Shown: positions 16,665 to 25,360 of the stretch, in pieces
How the letters are laid out: each line of letters opens with the position of its first letter
Position numbering within the stretch: the stretch's first letter is position 1
Assembly (NCBI GenBank): GCA_024275655.1
Contig: JAJRYR010000036.1
Coordinates: forward strand, 1-51,972
Direction: 5' to 3'
Source of the DNA: an archaeon
Lineage (GTDB): Archaea; B1Sed10-29; WALL01; WAMD01
DNA: 51,972 nucleotides
Translations under genes and position numbers: made by a program
Notes under the pieces: model-generated
Seen by the model: only the letters and a program-made list of their open reading frames with translations
What the model was told of the DNA's origin: nothing
Databases searched by the model: none

Positions 16665-18320
16665 TCATAGTAATCTCTCATATTTCACTCTCCCATTGGC
16701 TTCAGAAGCTAACTTGAACCCCTTCTTCTCCAGTAGTTTCCTAACAGCAACATTACCCTTAAAAGTCTCTGCATATATCCTGAGTCTTCTATCTGGTTGT
16801 TTAAGTAAGGAATCTAATAGTCTAGACCCCAGCCCCTTTCTACGATAATTACTGTGTACACCTATCCCAAGCTCGACTGTATTCTTATCCTTGAAGACCA
16901 AGTTAGCAAATCCAACAACAGCATTTTTGCCCAAATCCCTAGCAATGACAACAATACCTGTCTCTAGCTCTTTCATTTTTAGAAGAGACGTTGCTAAGTC
17001 ATTGCAATCCCTAATTGACATATTGCTTGTCTCTTTTAAGTTGTTACATAATCGGACCAAACTTGGAAAGTCTCTATAACTGGGGGTATCAATGATTATT
17101 GGGTCTACATGCGTTCTATAATAGTAATGGATCAAATACTTTAGAGTCTCATTTACAAACTTACAAAAGTCCTCATCAATTATGCCTACTTTTCCTGTTT
17201 TTAATAAAGCATGGTATGGACAAACTCCACCACATATACCCAATGCTGGACAAGACAAACATTTCTCATAATTAATAGTGGCAATATTCCGTATCTTCTC
17301 TAGTGATTTCTTATAATCCGAGATATTAGAGAAAACAAAGCCTGGTGTACCTTCAGCAACAAATGCTTGGCATCCTCCGATATTTCCATCAGGACCAAAA
17401 TCTATTGCTTGAAATGCAATCCAAGGACAATCAAAAAACTTGAACCTTTCTTCTAGAAAGGCCTTTAATCTTCTAAAACTTCTATCTTCATACATGCCCA
17501 ATTGTATGGCTCGTACCATCGCTTTATACAAAAAGTAGGCAGTAGTCTTAGGATCTGGAGATAACCTGTCATTATAACCTGTCCTAAGCATGATATTAAA
17601 TCCAAATCCTTTCACGCCCAGAGAATGGAAAAAATCAACAATATCTGGCAACCTATAAACGTTATGTGTGTGTATGGTGGCAGATATGTTAACATTAACG
17701 CCCTGGGCCTTAAGTATCGCTATGCCCCGAAGAGCATCGTAAAAAGCCTTCTCTCCTTTAGGATATATCCTATGGGTATTATCAAAGAATCCGCCATCCA
17801 GAGATACAGATACTTGGGTATTTGTCTCATAAACTTTTTCTGCAAACTCTCTATCAACAAGCGTGCCATTTGTTATTATTTGCTTTTTTATGGTATTATC
17901 AAGATTCTCTAAGAAATAGTAAAGAACGTCCTTGTTTGTAAGGGGGTCCCCCCCATAGAAAACAACTTTTTCAGGTTTAATGGTATTTAAGGTAGTTAAT
18001 ACTCTCTGTGCTGTCTCCATATCCATAGATTTTCTTCTCGCAATTGGTTCAATATAACAATACTCACAAGCCAAATTGCAATTGCCGGTTAAAACAACAT
18101 AAGATATGTATGGTCTGAAGTTCCTATTTCTGATTTTGTGTACTCTATGACTATCTGAATCGGACAAATGTAGTACCCTAGAAACCTCTACCTCAAAATT
18201 TGACTTTATTCTCTCAAATTCATCTAAAGTAAAATATACCTTCTTCAACGTCAAGTTGTCTATTACTGCTACATATCCTGCTCCAGGATTATAAAGGACA
18301 TACAATCGCTTACTCATCAT
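16665..18320 (-). CDS. Radical SAM / SPASM-domain peptide maturase fused to a C-terminal GNAT acetyltransferase
   Basis: The radical-SAM motif is CNLACEYC (Cx3Cx2C). The SPASM motif is C-x2-C-x5-C-x3-C in CLSCPALGICGGVC, with upstream CPW...GGC. The C-terminal ~110 aa have GNAT motif A, RRKGLGSRLLDSLL. There is an N-terminal ~85-aa RRE-like extension. Confidence 0.75.
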   Translation of the reverse strand: MMSKRLYVLYNPGAGYVAVIDNLTLKKVYFTLDEFERIKSNFEVEVSRVLHLSDSDSHRVHKIRNRNFRPYISYVVLTGNCNLACEYCYIEPIARRKSMDMETAQRVLTTLNTIKPEKVVFYGGDPLTNKDVLYYFLENLDNTIKKQIITNGTLVDREFAEKVYETNTQVSVSLDGGFFDNTHRIYPKGEKAFYDALRGIAILKAQGVNVNISATIHTHNVYRLPDIVDFFHSLGVKGFGFNIMLRTGYNDRLSPDPKTTAYFLYKAMVRAIQLGMYEDRSFRRLKAFLEERFKFFDCPWIAFQAIDFGPDGNIGGCQAFVAEGTPGFVFSNISDYKKSLEKIRNIATINYEKCLSCPALGICGGVCPYHALLKTGKVGIIDEDFCKFVNETLKYLIHYYYRTHVDPIIIDTPSYRDFPSLVRLCNNLKETSNMSIRDCNDLATSLLKMKELETGIVVIARDLGKNAVVGFANLVFKDKNTVELGIGVHSNYRRKGLGSRLLDSLLKQPDRRLRIYAETFKGNVAVRKLLEKKGFKLASEANGRVKYERLL

Positions 18321-18335
18321 TCATCAACACAAAAT

Positions 18336-18545
18336 TCAGTCGTCACTAACACAGACACAGTCACAGTCGCAGTATGATCCACCGCCGCAGTCACAATCCC
18401 CACTACAATCCCCATAATCACAATCGCTACACACATCACAATCCAAACCTACAAAAACTTTTGTCCATGTCTCAGGTTTTGACACATACATATGAAACAT
18501 CCCCACGATATTATTTACCTTTTGGACTTTAAATAACTTTCTCAT
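18336..18545 (-). CDS. Candidate RiPP precursor peptide: 34-aa leader plus a 35-aa Cys/Asp-rich core
   Basis: It lies 15 bp upstream of the rSAM/SPASM gene and is co-oriented with it. The core DCDVCSDCDYGDCSGDCDCGGGSYCDCDCVCVSDD has 10 Cys and 11 Asp in repeated DC dipeptides. Confidence 0.55.
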   Translation of the reverse strand: MRKLFKVQKVNNIVGMFHMYVSKPETWTKVFVGLDCDVCSDCDYGDCSGDCDCGGGSYCDCDCVCVSDD

Positions 18546-18668
18546 GATTAGACAATCCTATTAAGGATATACTAAAAAGCGCTGGATCCACTTCGGGCTA
18601 GCAGTTCGATTCAGACAAGACTAGCGAAAACAAAATCTTTAAAAACTGGTTTTTCGTTATTTACAAAC

Positions 18669-18962
18669 ATGGGACTGGGAAACTTTGGTCAGAAGCTGGT
18701 TGCGTCTGCTAAGCTTTCTAGCATGGAGAAATATGGCTGGGCATACATGGAAGACTATCTGATTGTGAGAGAGAACCTGGCAGGAGAAGTGCAAATAGAA
18801 GAACTGGGAGACGGCAGAATTAGAGTGACATACAACGGCAGAACCTTTGAAGTCAAGATTAGAGACTGGGCAGGGAAGTCAATGGAGAAAGCTGGAAAGC
18901 CAAAGATAATATCTGGAGAAAGACAGGGTTGGGTTTCCATCTGGGACGTGAACCGCCACTAA
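18669..18962 (+). CDS. Hypothetical small protein
   Basis: ORF divergent from the RiPP-like operon. Confidence 0.3.
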   Translation: MGLGNFGQKLVASAKLSSMEKYGWAYMEDYLIVRENLAGEVQIEELGDGRIRVTYNGRTFEVKIRDWAGKSMEKAGKPKIISGERQGWVSIWDVNRH

Positions 18963-21334
18963 ACCTTTATTCTGACTGGTTCTCCTGTTAGTGCATTCAC
19001 ACATACCCTACTCTCTTTACCCTTTGAAACAAGCTTGAAAACATACACCGGCATGTATATGGTTTCCACGGACTCTACCTTGGTCTCTCCGAATATCTCA
19101 GGAACATCGCTAACATACTCTAAGCCAACATTCGGTCTCTTTATCCTAGCTCTATCCAATTCCTGCATTACCAAATAGGTCTCCAAACCTGTAAATGGCA
19201 GTGTATCAATTCTAGTAGGCAGATCAAATTTCTTTGCCAAGTAGTACTCCTTGCCACGCGAAGTTTTTTCATATTTCACTACTCCTCTCTCAACCAGCTC
19301 TTCAGCTTTCATTCTTGCGGTGGTGTCTGTAACACCAATAGCTGCTGCCAACGCTCTGGCGGATGCCTTCTTCCCTTTCATGAGAGCGATTATCACTCCC
19401 CTCTGACTTCTATCCAGTTTTGCAAATAAAGACAATCCCCTGGTCCTAGAAAGCTTACCCCTATCTAGGTAAAGCAACTCCCCAGTGATGCCATCCACGT
19501 AACAAACACTTTTCTTGTAGCCTCCCTTCTCAAACAGCTTGTAGTTCACCTTGTAAACTGGCCAGTACTCCAAACTGTACCCTGCAATCATCTCCTCCGA
19601 CCCAAACAATCCAAGAAACTTCTTCTTCCTCAACTTCTCCACGATCTCGTACGCCTGCCTCTCCGTGAGCAAGGGCTTGAAAGCTCTTATGCTGGTTACT
19701 TCTTCCTTGGTCTCCTTGGGAACTAGGTCTTCCTCCAAAACCTCCTCCACCTTCTCTTCCTTCTCCAAAGCTAGATAACCATCCTCAGAGACGTATCCTT
19801 CGTCCAAAAGCCTTGAGATGACATCTGAGGGATCTATCTTTGTCTTGTACCTCTTGTTTATGGTTTTAACTATCTCCTTCAAAGTACTCTCATGAATCCT
19901 CTTCCTATCTGCAATGTGCTTCTTTATCATTTTGAGCAAGGCCTCAAACACTTGCTCCTGGTCCATTGGCGTCTCCATGTCCACGCTACGGGATTCCCTT
20001 CCCTCGTGTTGTGAGAATCTAGGTCTAACTTTGAGCACGAATGCTCTACTTGTGTGATCACTCCTATCTCCAACAATACAGTGACCAATTGGCAAAGTCT
20101 TTATGAACCTAGGATTTTTGTACTCCGAGGGGATCATGGTGGGCATTCTCTTCATAACTGCCTTTATGTCATCATCAAAAACAAGTTTATGGCAAAGGAG
20201 AATATCCAACTGGGAGAGAACATGAGTGTCTATTGCTCCCGGTTGCTGGGTTGCAAAGACAAGGCTACATCCTGGCCTTCTTCCTTGTTTCACATATTCA
20301 GTCAACGGATCAGTGGCGGGCGTCTTTTTCCCACCACTGGGAATGAGAGTGTGAGCCTCATCTATGAAAAGCCACACTGGAGGTATGTTTGCCTCCAACT
20401 CATCTATATCTGCAAACTTTTTCATACTGGTTTGCCTGGCGGCCAACTTTCTAGCCTGGAGTATTTTCCTAGCCAATATCCCAATAACCAGGCTGGTAAC
20501 ATTCTCCTCTAAAAATGAAACATCTATAACTGAAATTTCTCCTTCTCTAGCAAGCTCTATCAGACTGGTTCCCTCTTCGGTGAATATTCCCCAACCCTTT
20601 GCCGCCTCAAACCTAGATATCAAGGCTCTCCTGGAATCTGCCTTAAATCCTTTTTTGGCAGAGGCCAATTCTTTATCTTTTTCTAGGCAGTGTATCAAAT
20701 CGTCTAAGCTATAGGTCTCCGGTTTTGGTTTCACTTTCTTGCCATCTACAGTCTCGTAACCTTCTTTGACCTTGTGTATAACCTTTTCTAGAAGAAGGCC
20801 TGTGGGTGAGAACCTATCTATGTCAAATGTCAAGCACCAATCATCCACAGTCAAATCTGCTGGCCTCAAAGCGAAGGTTTTGTCATAAGTGCCCTTTGGG
20901 AGCTGTTTCCTCACGCCATGAGGAACAAAAACAGTTACGTGATCCACTCCCTTGGGCATTAAACCCATGCGAATTAGCTCATCAACTTCTTTCTCATCCT
21001 GGTTCGGATACTTCATTGACCAGTAAATCCCTATCGGATCAATGATTATGCTGGCCACGTTTGGATTCTTGAAAACTAGCTCTTCAGCGATAACCCCCAA
21101 GGAGTAACTTTTTCCAGAACCTCTGGCCCCTACAATGAATATGACGTGCGGGGCGATGGCATCCAAGTAAACTGGTTTCCCGTAACCTTCCTCCTCTGAC
21201 AGTATCCCAAGGAGCAAAGCTCCTTCCTGACCGTACTTCTCGTGAATGCTCTTGGAACGGCCAATGAATATCGCTGTCTCTGCCTCATCGGACAGGGCCT
21301 CTAACTTCGTATTTGGTTGTGGTTTAAACTCCAT
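18959..21334 (-). CDS. HerA/FtsK-like (DUF87-type) P-loop ATPase with a C-terminal winged-helix region
   Basis: Walker A GARGSGKS, Walker B WLFIDEAH and the ATQQPGAID motif typical of HerA/VirB4-like ATPases. C-terminal ...RGVIIALMKGKKASARALAAAIGVTDTTARMKAEELVERGVV is wHTH-like. Confidence 0.55.
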   Translation of the reverse strand: MEFKPQPNTKLEALSDEAETAIFIGRSKSIHEKYGQEGALLLGILSEEEGYGKPVYLDAIAPHVIFIVGARGSGKSYSLGVIAEELVFKNPNVASIIIDPIGIYWSMKYPNQDEKEVDELIRMGLMPKGVDHVTVFVPHGVRKQLPKGTYDKTFALRPADLTVDDWCLTFDIDRFSPTGLLLEKVIHKVKEGYETVDGKKVKPKPETYSLDDLIHCLEKDKELASAKKGFKADSRRALISRFEAAKGWGIFTEEGTSLIELAREGEISVIDVSFLEENVTSLVIGILARKILQARKLAARQTSMKKFADIDELEANIPPVWLFIDEAHTLIPSGGKKTPATDPLTEYVKQGRRPGCSLVFATQQPGAIDTHVLSQLDILLCHKLVFDDDIKAVMKRMPTMIPSEYKNPRFIKTLPIGHCIVGDRSDHTSRAFVLKVRPRFSQHEGRESRSVDMETPMDQEQVFEALLKMIKKHIADRKRIHESTLKEIVKTINKRYKTKIDPSDVISRLLDEGYVSEDGYLALEKEEKVEEVLEEDLVPKETKEEVTSIRAFKPLLTERQAYEIVEKLRKKKFLGLFGSEEMIAGYSLEYWPVYKVNYKLFEKGGYKKSVCYVDGITGELLYLDRGKLSRTRGLSLFAKLDRSQRGVIIALMKGKKASARALAAAIGVTDTTARMKAEELVERGVVKYEKTSRGKEYYLAKKFDLPTRIDTLPFTGLETYLVMQELDRARIKRPNVGLEYVSDVPEIFGETKVESVETIYMPVYVFKLVSKGKESRVCVNALTGEPVRIKV

Positions 21335-21410
21335 GCTAGTGTTTTGGTAAATGTGAAATAAAATAGTAACACAAACCTAGCAAAATAAAAATCCCCAGAA
21401 AGTAATTCTA

Positions 21411-22601
21411 GTGATGCCAGTAAAGGTCAAGAGATTCAGTGCCAGGAGAATGGCCAGGATAAAGGACCTGGTGGAGACGATACCGAAGGAGCTAGTAAGG
21501 GAAAAATTGAGGTATGATGTTCTAAACGAACTTGCCAGGAGGCACGGGATTGACTACGAGACCCTCAAAAGGGACTTGTACATCCTAGCGTATGCTTTCT
21601 TTCCCAAAAAAGTAGGGACATCAGAAAAACAGGTCCCGATTGTGGAGGTGCCCAAAAACCTCAGAGCAGATGTGAAAACATTAAGGGAATTTGCTAGGAA
21701 GGGGAGTATTGATCCAGAGAAGGCAAGAAAGGCTGCCCAGGCGTTCCTGGAACATGCTCCCTGGGTTGACGTGGAAAGAATAACAAGGGAGCACGGGATA
21801 AAGGATGAGGAGATAATTCAAAGGGCAAGGGAGATTAGCAAGTGGTTGGAAAGGGTGTACACTACCAGAATGTACGGGTGGAAGGTTCATCCAGCAAAAG
21901 CTTATGCATTTGCTTGGAACCTGATGGGAAGGAAGATACACCAAGAACTAGAAAACGCCAGGGAGCTAGTTGAGAAGCTCTACCCAATTGCAGGGAAAAT
22001 AGCTGGTGGGAAAAAACTAACAAAAAGAGAAAAAGAGTTCTTGAGAAAACTAAAAATAACTGAGACAGAGGTGTTAGCGCATATAAACCCAGAGGAGAGT
22101 TTAACAGAAAACCTAAAGAGCATGTACCTAAGAGTTCTTGATCACAACGTGAATTACGCAAAGGCCATGCACTGGTATGAAAACGCAAAGGCCATGCACA
22201 TAAACTTGTACAGGGAAGTAAGGGATAAATTAGATCAGTTAGGCAGGGCACCGCCTGCTCCTCCAGGAAGCATAAGGAGCTCAAGGGTCTTCAAGCTAGG
22301 AGACAAAATTGAGAATGCATACAAGAACATCGCCAGGTGGCCACATTCACCAAAAGTCAAACCTAGGGATTTTCCAAGGTACTTCAAAGAGCTCGTCAGG
22401 GAGGTATATGAATCTCACTACAATCCAAGAACATATTCATTTGAAAATCTCCCGCCTGGCTTTGAAGGGGAGGTGACAAAGAGATTAGCAATAATTGGGC
22501 ATTATATACACCAGGGAAACAAGGTGTACTCGCGGGTAAAGGAAGCAGAGAGGAATAATCCCATCCTGGCGTGGATCGTGAAGAGGAATAGGAAGAGGTG
22601 A
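21411..22601 (+). CDS. Hypothetical basic protein; it contains an internal 15-bp tandem duplication (..NYAKAMHWYENAKAMH..)
   Basis: ORF divergent from the DUF87 ATPase. The duplication is at ~22158-22200. Confidence 0.35.
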   Translation: MMPVKVKRFSARRMARIKDLVETIPKELVREKLRYDVLNELARRHGIDYETLKRDLYILAYAFFPKKVGTSEKQVPIVEVPKNLRADVKTLREFARKGSIDPEKARKAAQAFLEHAPWVDVERITREHGIKDEEIIQRAREISKWLERVYTTRMYGWKVHPAKAYAFAWNLMGRKIHQELENARELVEKLYPIAGKIAGGKKLTKREKEFLRKLKITETEVLAHINPEESLTENLKSMYLRVLDHNVNYAKAMHWYENAKAMHINLYREVRDKLDQLGRAPPAPPGSIRSSRVFKLGDKIENAYKNIARWPHSPKVKPRDFPRYFKELVREVYESHYNPRTYSFENLPPGFEGEVTKRLAIIGHYIHQGNKVYSRVKEAERNNPILAWIVKRNRKR

Positions 22602-22619
22602 TGGGACATAATCGTTGGT

Positions 22620-23471
22620 GTGGATCCTGGCACAACCGTGGGGCTAGCTGTTCTTGATTTCAATGGAAAGATTCTCCTTTTGAAGAGCAAAAAAGGGATG
22701 GGAATCGACAAGGTAATCCTAGAAATAGAGAGAATTGGAAAACCAATAGTTATTGCAACAGATAAATCAGACCCTCCTGAGATGGTGCGAAAGCTAGCTG
22801 CGAACTTTGGTGCAATACTGTTCTCACCAGAAGAGGACCTAAGTGTAGAATTCAAAAAGGAGATCGCCAGGGAATACAGGATCAAAGATGACCACCAAAG
22901 GGATGCCCTGGCTTCTGCGATGTACGCCTACAAAAAGTTGAAACCCAAAATAGAGAAAGTCAGGGCAGAACTGAAAGAAAGGGAAAATGAGATTATAGCG
23001 AGAGTTATCAAAGGGGAGGCCATTGCCAGGGCTCTGGAAATGGAAGAAAAGGAAAAGAGAAAGAGCGTGGAGGAAGAATTGAAGGCACTAAAAAAAGAGG
23101 TTGAAAAGAGCAAGAGACTGATAAGAGAACTAAAAAAGAGGTTGAAGCAGAAGCCCAGGGTCATACTAATAAAAGAGCTAGAGCAGTCCAAGGCGAAGAC
23201 ACTTGCACTGGAAAAAGAAATAAAGGCACTGGAAAGGGAAAAGAAAAAACTTGAAGAGGAACTGGACAAATTGGGAAGATTGCTAAAAGAAGCCGTTACC
23301 GGCGATATAGATATTTTCTACAAGGAGGTACCCAGTGATTACATAGTTCTTGCCAAAGTGGGCGAGGTATTCTTTGCTAGGGAAAGATCTAAGCACTCGG
23401 AAATTGGAGAGGAAGAACTGGAGCGGTTGATAGAAGAATATAGAAAGAAGAAAGTTAAATCAAGTAATTAA
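22620..23471 (+). CDS. RuvC/YqgF-like (RNase H-fold, DUF460-like) N-terminal domain protein with a long K/E-rich coiled coil; GTG start
   Basis: IVGVDPGTTVGLAVLDFNGKILLL resembles the first beta-hairpin and catalytic Asp of YqgF/RuvC-type nucleases. Residues 100-230 are heptad-rich. Confidence 0.3.
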   Translation: MDPGTTVGLAVLDFNGKILLLKSKKGMGIDKVILEIERIGKPIVIATDKSDPPEMVRKLAANFGAILFSPEEDLSVEFKKEIAREYRIKDDHQRDALASAMYAYKKLKPKIEKVRAELKERENEIIARVIKGEAIARALEMEEKEKRKSVEEELKALKKEVEKSKRLIRELKKRLKQKPRVILIKELEQSKAKTLALEKEIKALEREKKKLEEELDKLGRLLKEAVTGDIDIFYKEVPSDYIVLAKVGEVFFARERSKHSEIGEEELERLIEEYRKKKVKSSN

Positions 23472-23610
23472 CTATAACGACCAGTAGAATGAAGCCCACT
23501 GCAAATATCACTACTGTCTCTGGTTTTACCTCTATGCCTCCTCCAGAGACATCAAAATACCTCATCAATCCTGCAGATGAAACAGGTCCTTGAACCTTTT
23601 CTTTTGCCAT
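23455..23610 (-). CDS. Preprotein translocase subunit Sec61-beta (archaeal SecG/Sbh1); absent from the ORF track because it is under 60 aa
   Basis: Minus-strand MAKEKVQGPVSSAGLMRYFDVSGGGIEVKPETVVIFAVGFILLVVIVNYLI* carries the conserved SSAGLMRYFDE motif plus a single C-terminal TM. Confidence 0.65.
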   Translation of the reverse strand: MAKEKVQGPVSSAGLMRYFDVSGGGIEVKPETVVIFAVGFILLVVIVNYLI

Positions 23611-23614
23611 TCAA

Positions 23615-25315
23615 TCACCCCAATCTAATTTTGCCCTTCTTCCTTTTTAATACTACAAAGTACGCAACCACCGCAATAATAACAATGAACAAGAATCCAA
23701 CAAATAACAGCAACCCCACGGCAACTAGCAACCAGAACGTTGGGATATTGGATATGTCCAGGGAGAATGATGGCCCGCTACCTTTAATCCCCAGGTAGTA
23801 AGTGCCATTCTTGTTAAAAACTTTCAGATAGTTTGTCCCAGGAACTAGTGTTATGCTTCCAGATTTTGGAACGTAGTCCGGTTCGCATGCGTTCTCATTG
23901 CAGATTTCCACTTTAACGGGATATCCCTTTGCATTCAGATAAGCTTGTATGTACTCTGCTTTCAGAGTTACTTCAGAATCAGAGGTATACTCGATTATCT
24001 CAGAACTGCCATTCTCTACCTTTTTGGAAGCAACTTCATCCAGCAGTCCCGCACCAGGACCAATATCCTTGATTAAGTGGCAGTTGACACACATGTAACC
24101 TGGTTCTACAGATGCGTTATCATCGCACTCTTCTGACCCTGCAACTATTCCATCACCACATATGGGTTGCATGGACTTACAATCGCTAGAACACTTGAAC
24201 CCCAAAGGAACGTTGTTGCCATCACACAGCTCTCCTTCTACAACCATCCCATCGCCACATATAGGGACTAAGGATTTACAATCACTGGAACATTCATACC
24301 CTGGTTTCACACTTGAACCGTCGCAGACCTCACCATCAACTACTTTCCCATCGCCACACACCGGTTCTAGCTTGCAGTCCTCGGTGCACTTGAATCCATA
24401 TGGTACACCATCATTCCCATCACATTCCTCATTTTGCCCTAGCATATTTGGGGTCTGCTTGATGCCATCCCCACAGTATGCTGGAGCTGGTAGGTACTTG
24501 CCATCTTCAACATCGTACACGTGATCCAACGGAAGCGAGTAGGATACTGTCTCATTTGCATCATATATCTTGATGTCAGATATTTTCCATAAGTATTCCC
24601 TGTTGTTCTCTATGTCCGCACCCATTATAACCAGGGTCAGATTGTCCCTCATACACTCTCCCGCATCTATTTTCATAACAACTGTGTGCCACTTCTCCTG
24701 CTCTATTGGCTCGGAATCGTACTTGTTCACAGCCCCGGCGTCGCCAAGTGCCTTCCCGTCAAACAGCCAACCCTTGTACGTTGTTTCAGACATGCAGTAA
24801 ATGTACTTGTCCAATGGGCCTATGTAGTTACATTCCACGTGAATGTGGCACATCTCACCATTCAACGGGAACCAGGAAAATGAATCTGGATTAAACCCTG
24901 GGTTCTCCAAGCTGGTGCCATTGTTTCCAAAGTACAAGAAGGAGAAAATGTTCGGCCCATCGTTTGCGGGTTCCTCTCCTGCTGCATTCCCTGCATTCCC
25001 CAAATCAAGATCAATGTTTGGAGCATAGACCCAAACCTTGAAGGATATGTAAAACTCGTCCGCAGGTGGGTGTGGGATAACCTTCCATATCCTCCAAATG
25101 CCCGTGAACTCGTCAGAGGTTTTCACTTCTAGGTATAAGCCTTGGTCAGGATCATATTTAAGCTGCCTATCAACATAGCCATCTCCATTGGCGAAGTGGA
25201 CTGTCTTGAATTGCCAGTCAGTACCCAAGTACTGGGAGTAGTTCAACCCATAAGCCAACACACCTAAGAACAACAGCGAGAGTATAGCATATCCCCTGAC
25301 ACTCATTTTTATCAC
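23615..25315 (-). CDS. Surface protein with a signal peptide, 4-5 tandem myxococcus-type cysteine-rich repeats (DUF4215-like CGDGxxxxxExCDxG) and a C-terminal TM anchor
   Basis: Repeats CGDGKVVDGEVCDGSS..., CGDGMVVEGELCDGNN... and CGDGIVAGSEECDDNA... lie at ~24070-24500. C-terminal hydrophobic helix plus KRKKGKIRLG. Confidence 0.6.
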   Translation of the reverse strand: MIKMSVRGYAILSLLFLGVLAYGLNYSQYLGTDWQFKTVHFANGDGYVDRQLKYDPDQGLYLEVKTSDEFTGIWRIWKVIPHPPADEFYISFKVWVYAPNIDLDLGNAGNAAGEEPANDGPNIFSFLYFGNNGTSLENPGFNPDSFSWFPLNGEMCHIHVECNYIGPLDKYIYCMSETTYKGWLFDGKALGDAGAVNKYDSEPIEQEKWHTVVMKIDAGECMRDNLTLVIMGADIENNREYLWKISDIKIYDANETVSYSLPLDHVYDVEDGKYLPAPAYCGDGIKQTPNMLGQNEECDGNDGVPYGFKCTEDCKLEPVCGDGKVVDGEVCDGSSVKPGYECSSDCKSLVPICGDGMVVEGELCDGNNVPLGFKCSSDCKSMQPICGDGIVAGSEECDDNASVEPGYMCVNCHLIKDIGPGAGLLDEVASKKVENGSSEIIEYTSDSEVTLKAEYIQAYLNAKGYPVKVEICNENACEPDYVPKSGSITLVPGTNYLKVFNKNGTYYLGIKGSGPSFSLDISNIPTFWLLVAVGLLLFVGFLFIVIIAVVAYFVVLKRKKGKIRLG

Positions 25316-25360
25316 TGGGTTTAGTTTGTAAAACTAGGGGTTTTTATTATTTGTCCCTCA

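Noticed and set aside
22158-22200. 15-bp tandem duplication (gcaaaggccatgcac x2) as a regulatory repeat
   Set aside because: It lies in-frame inside ORF 21411-22601, producing the AKAMH duplication. It is probably a simple slippage duplication.
24162-25028. Several 60-120-aa plus-strand ORFs (24162-24524, 24570-24800, 24686-24883 and others)
   Set aside because: They are antisense to the Cys-repeat surface protein gene. Their periodic sequences mirror its tandem repeats, so they are artefacts of repeat structure.
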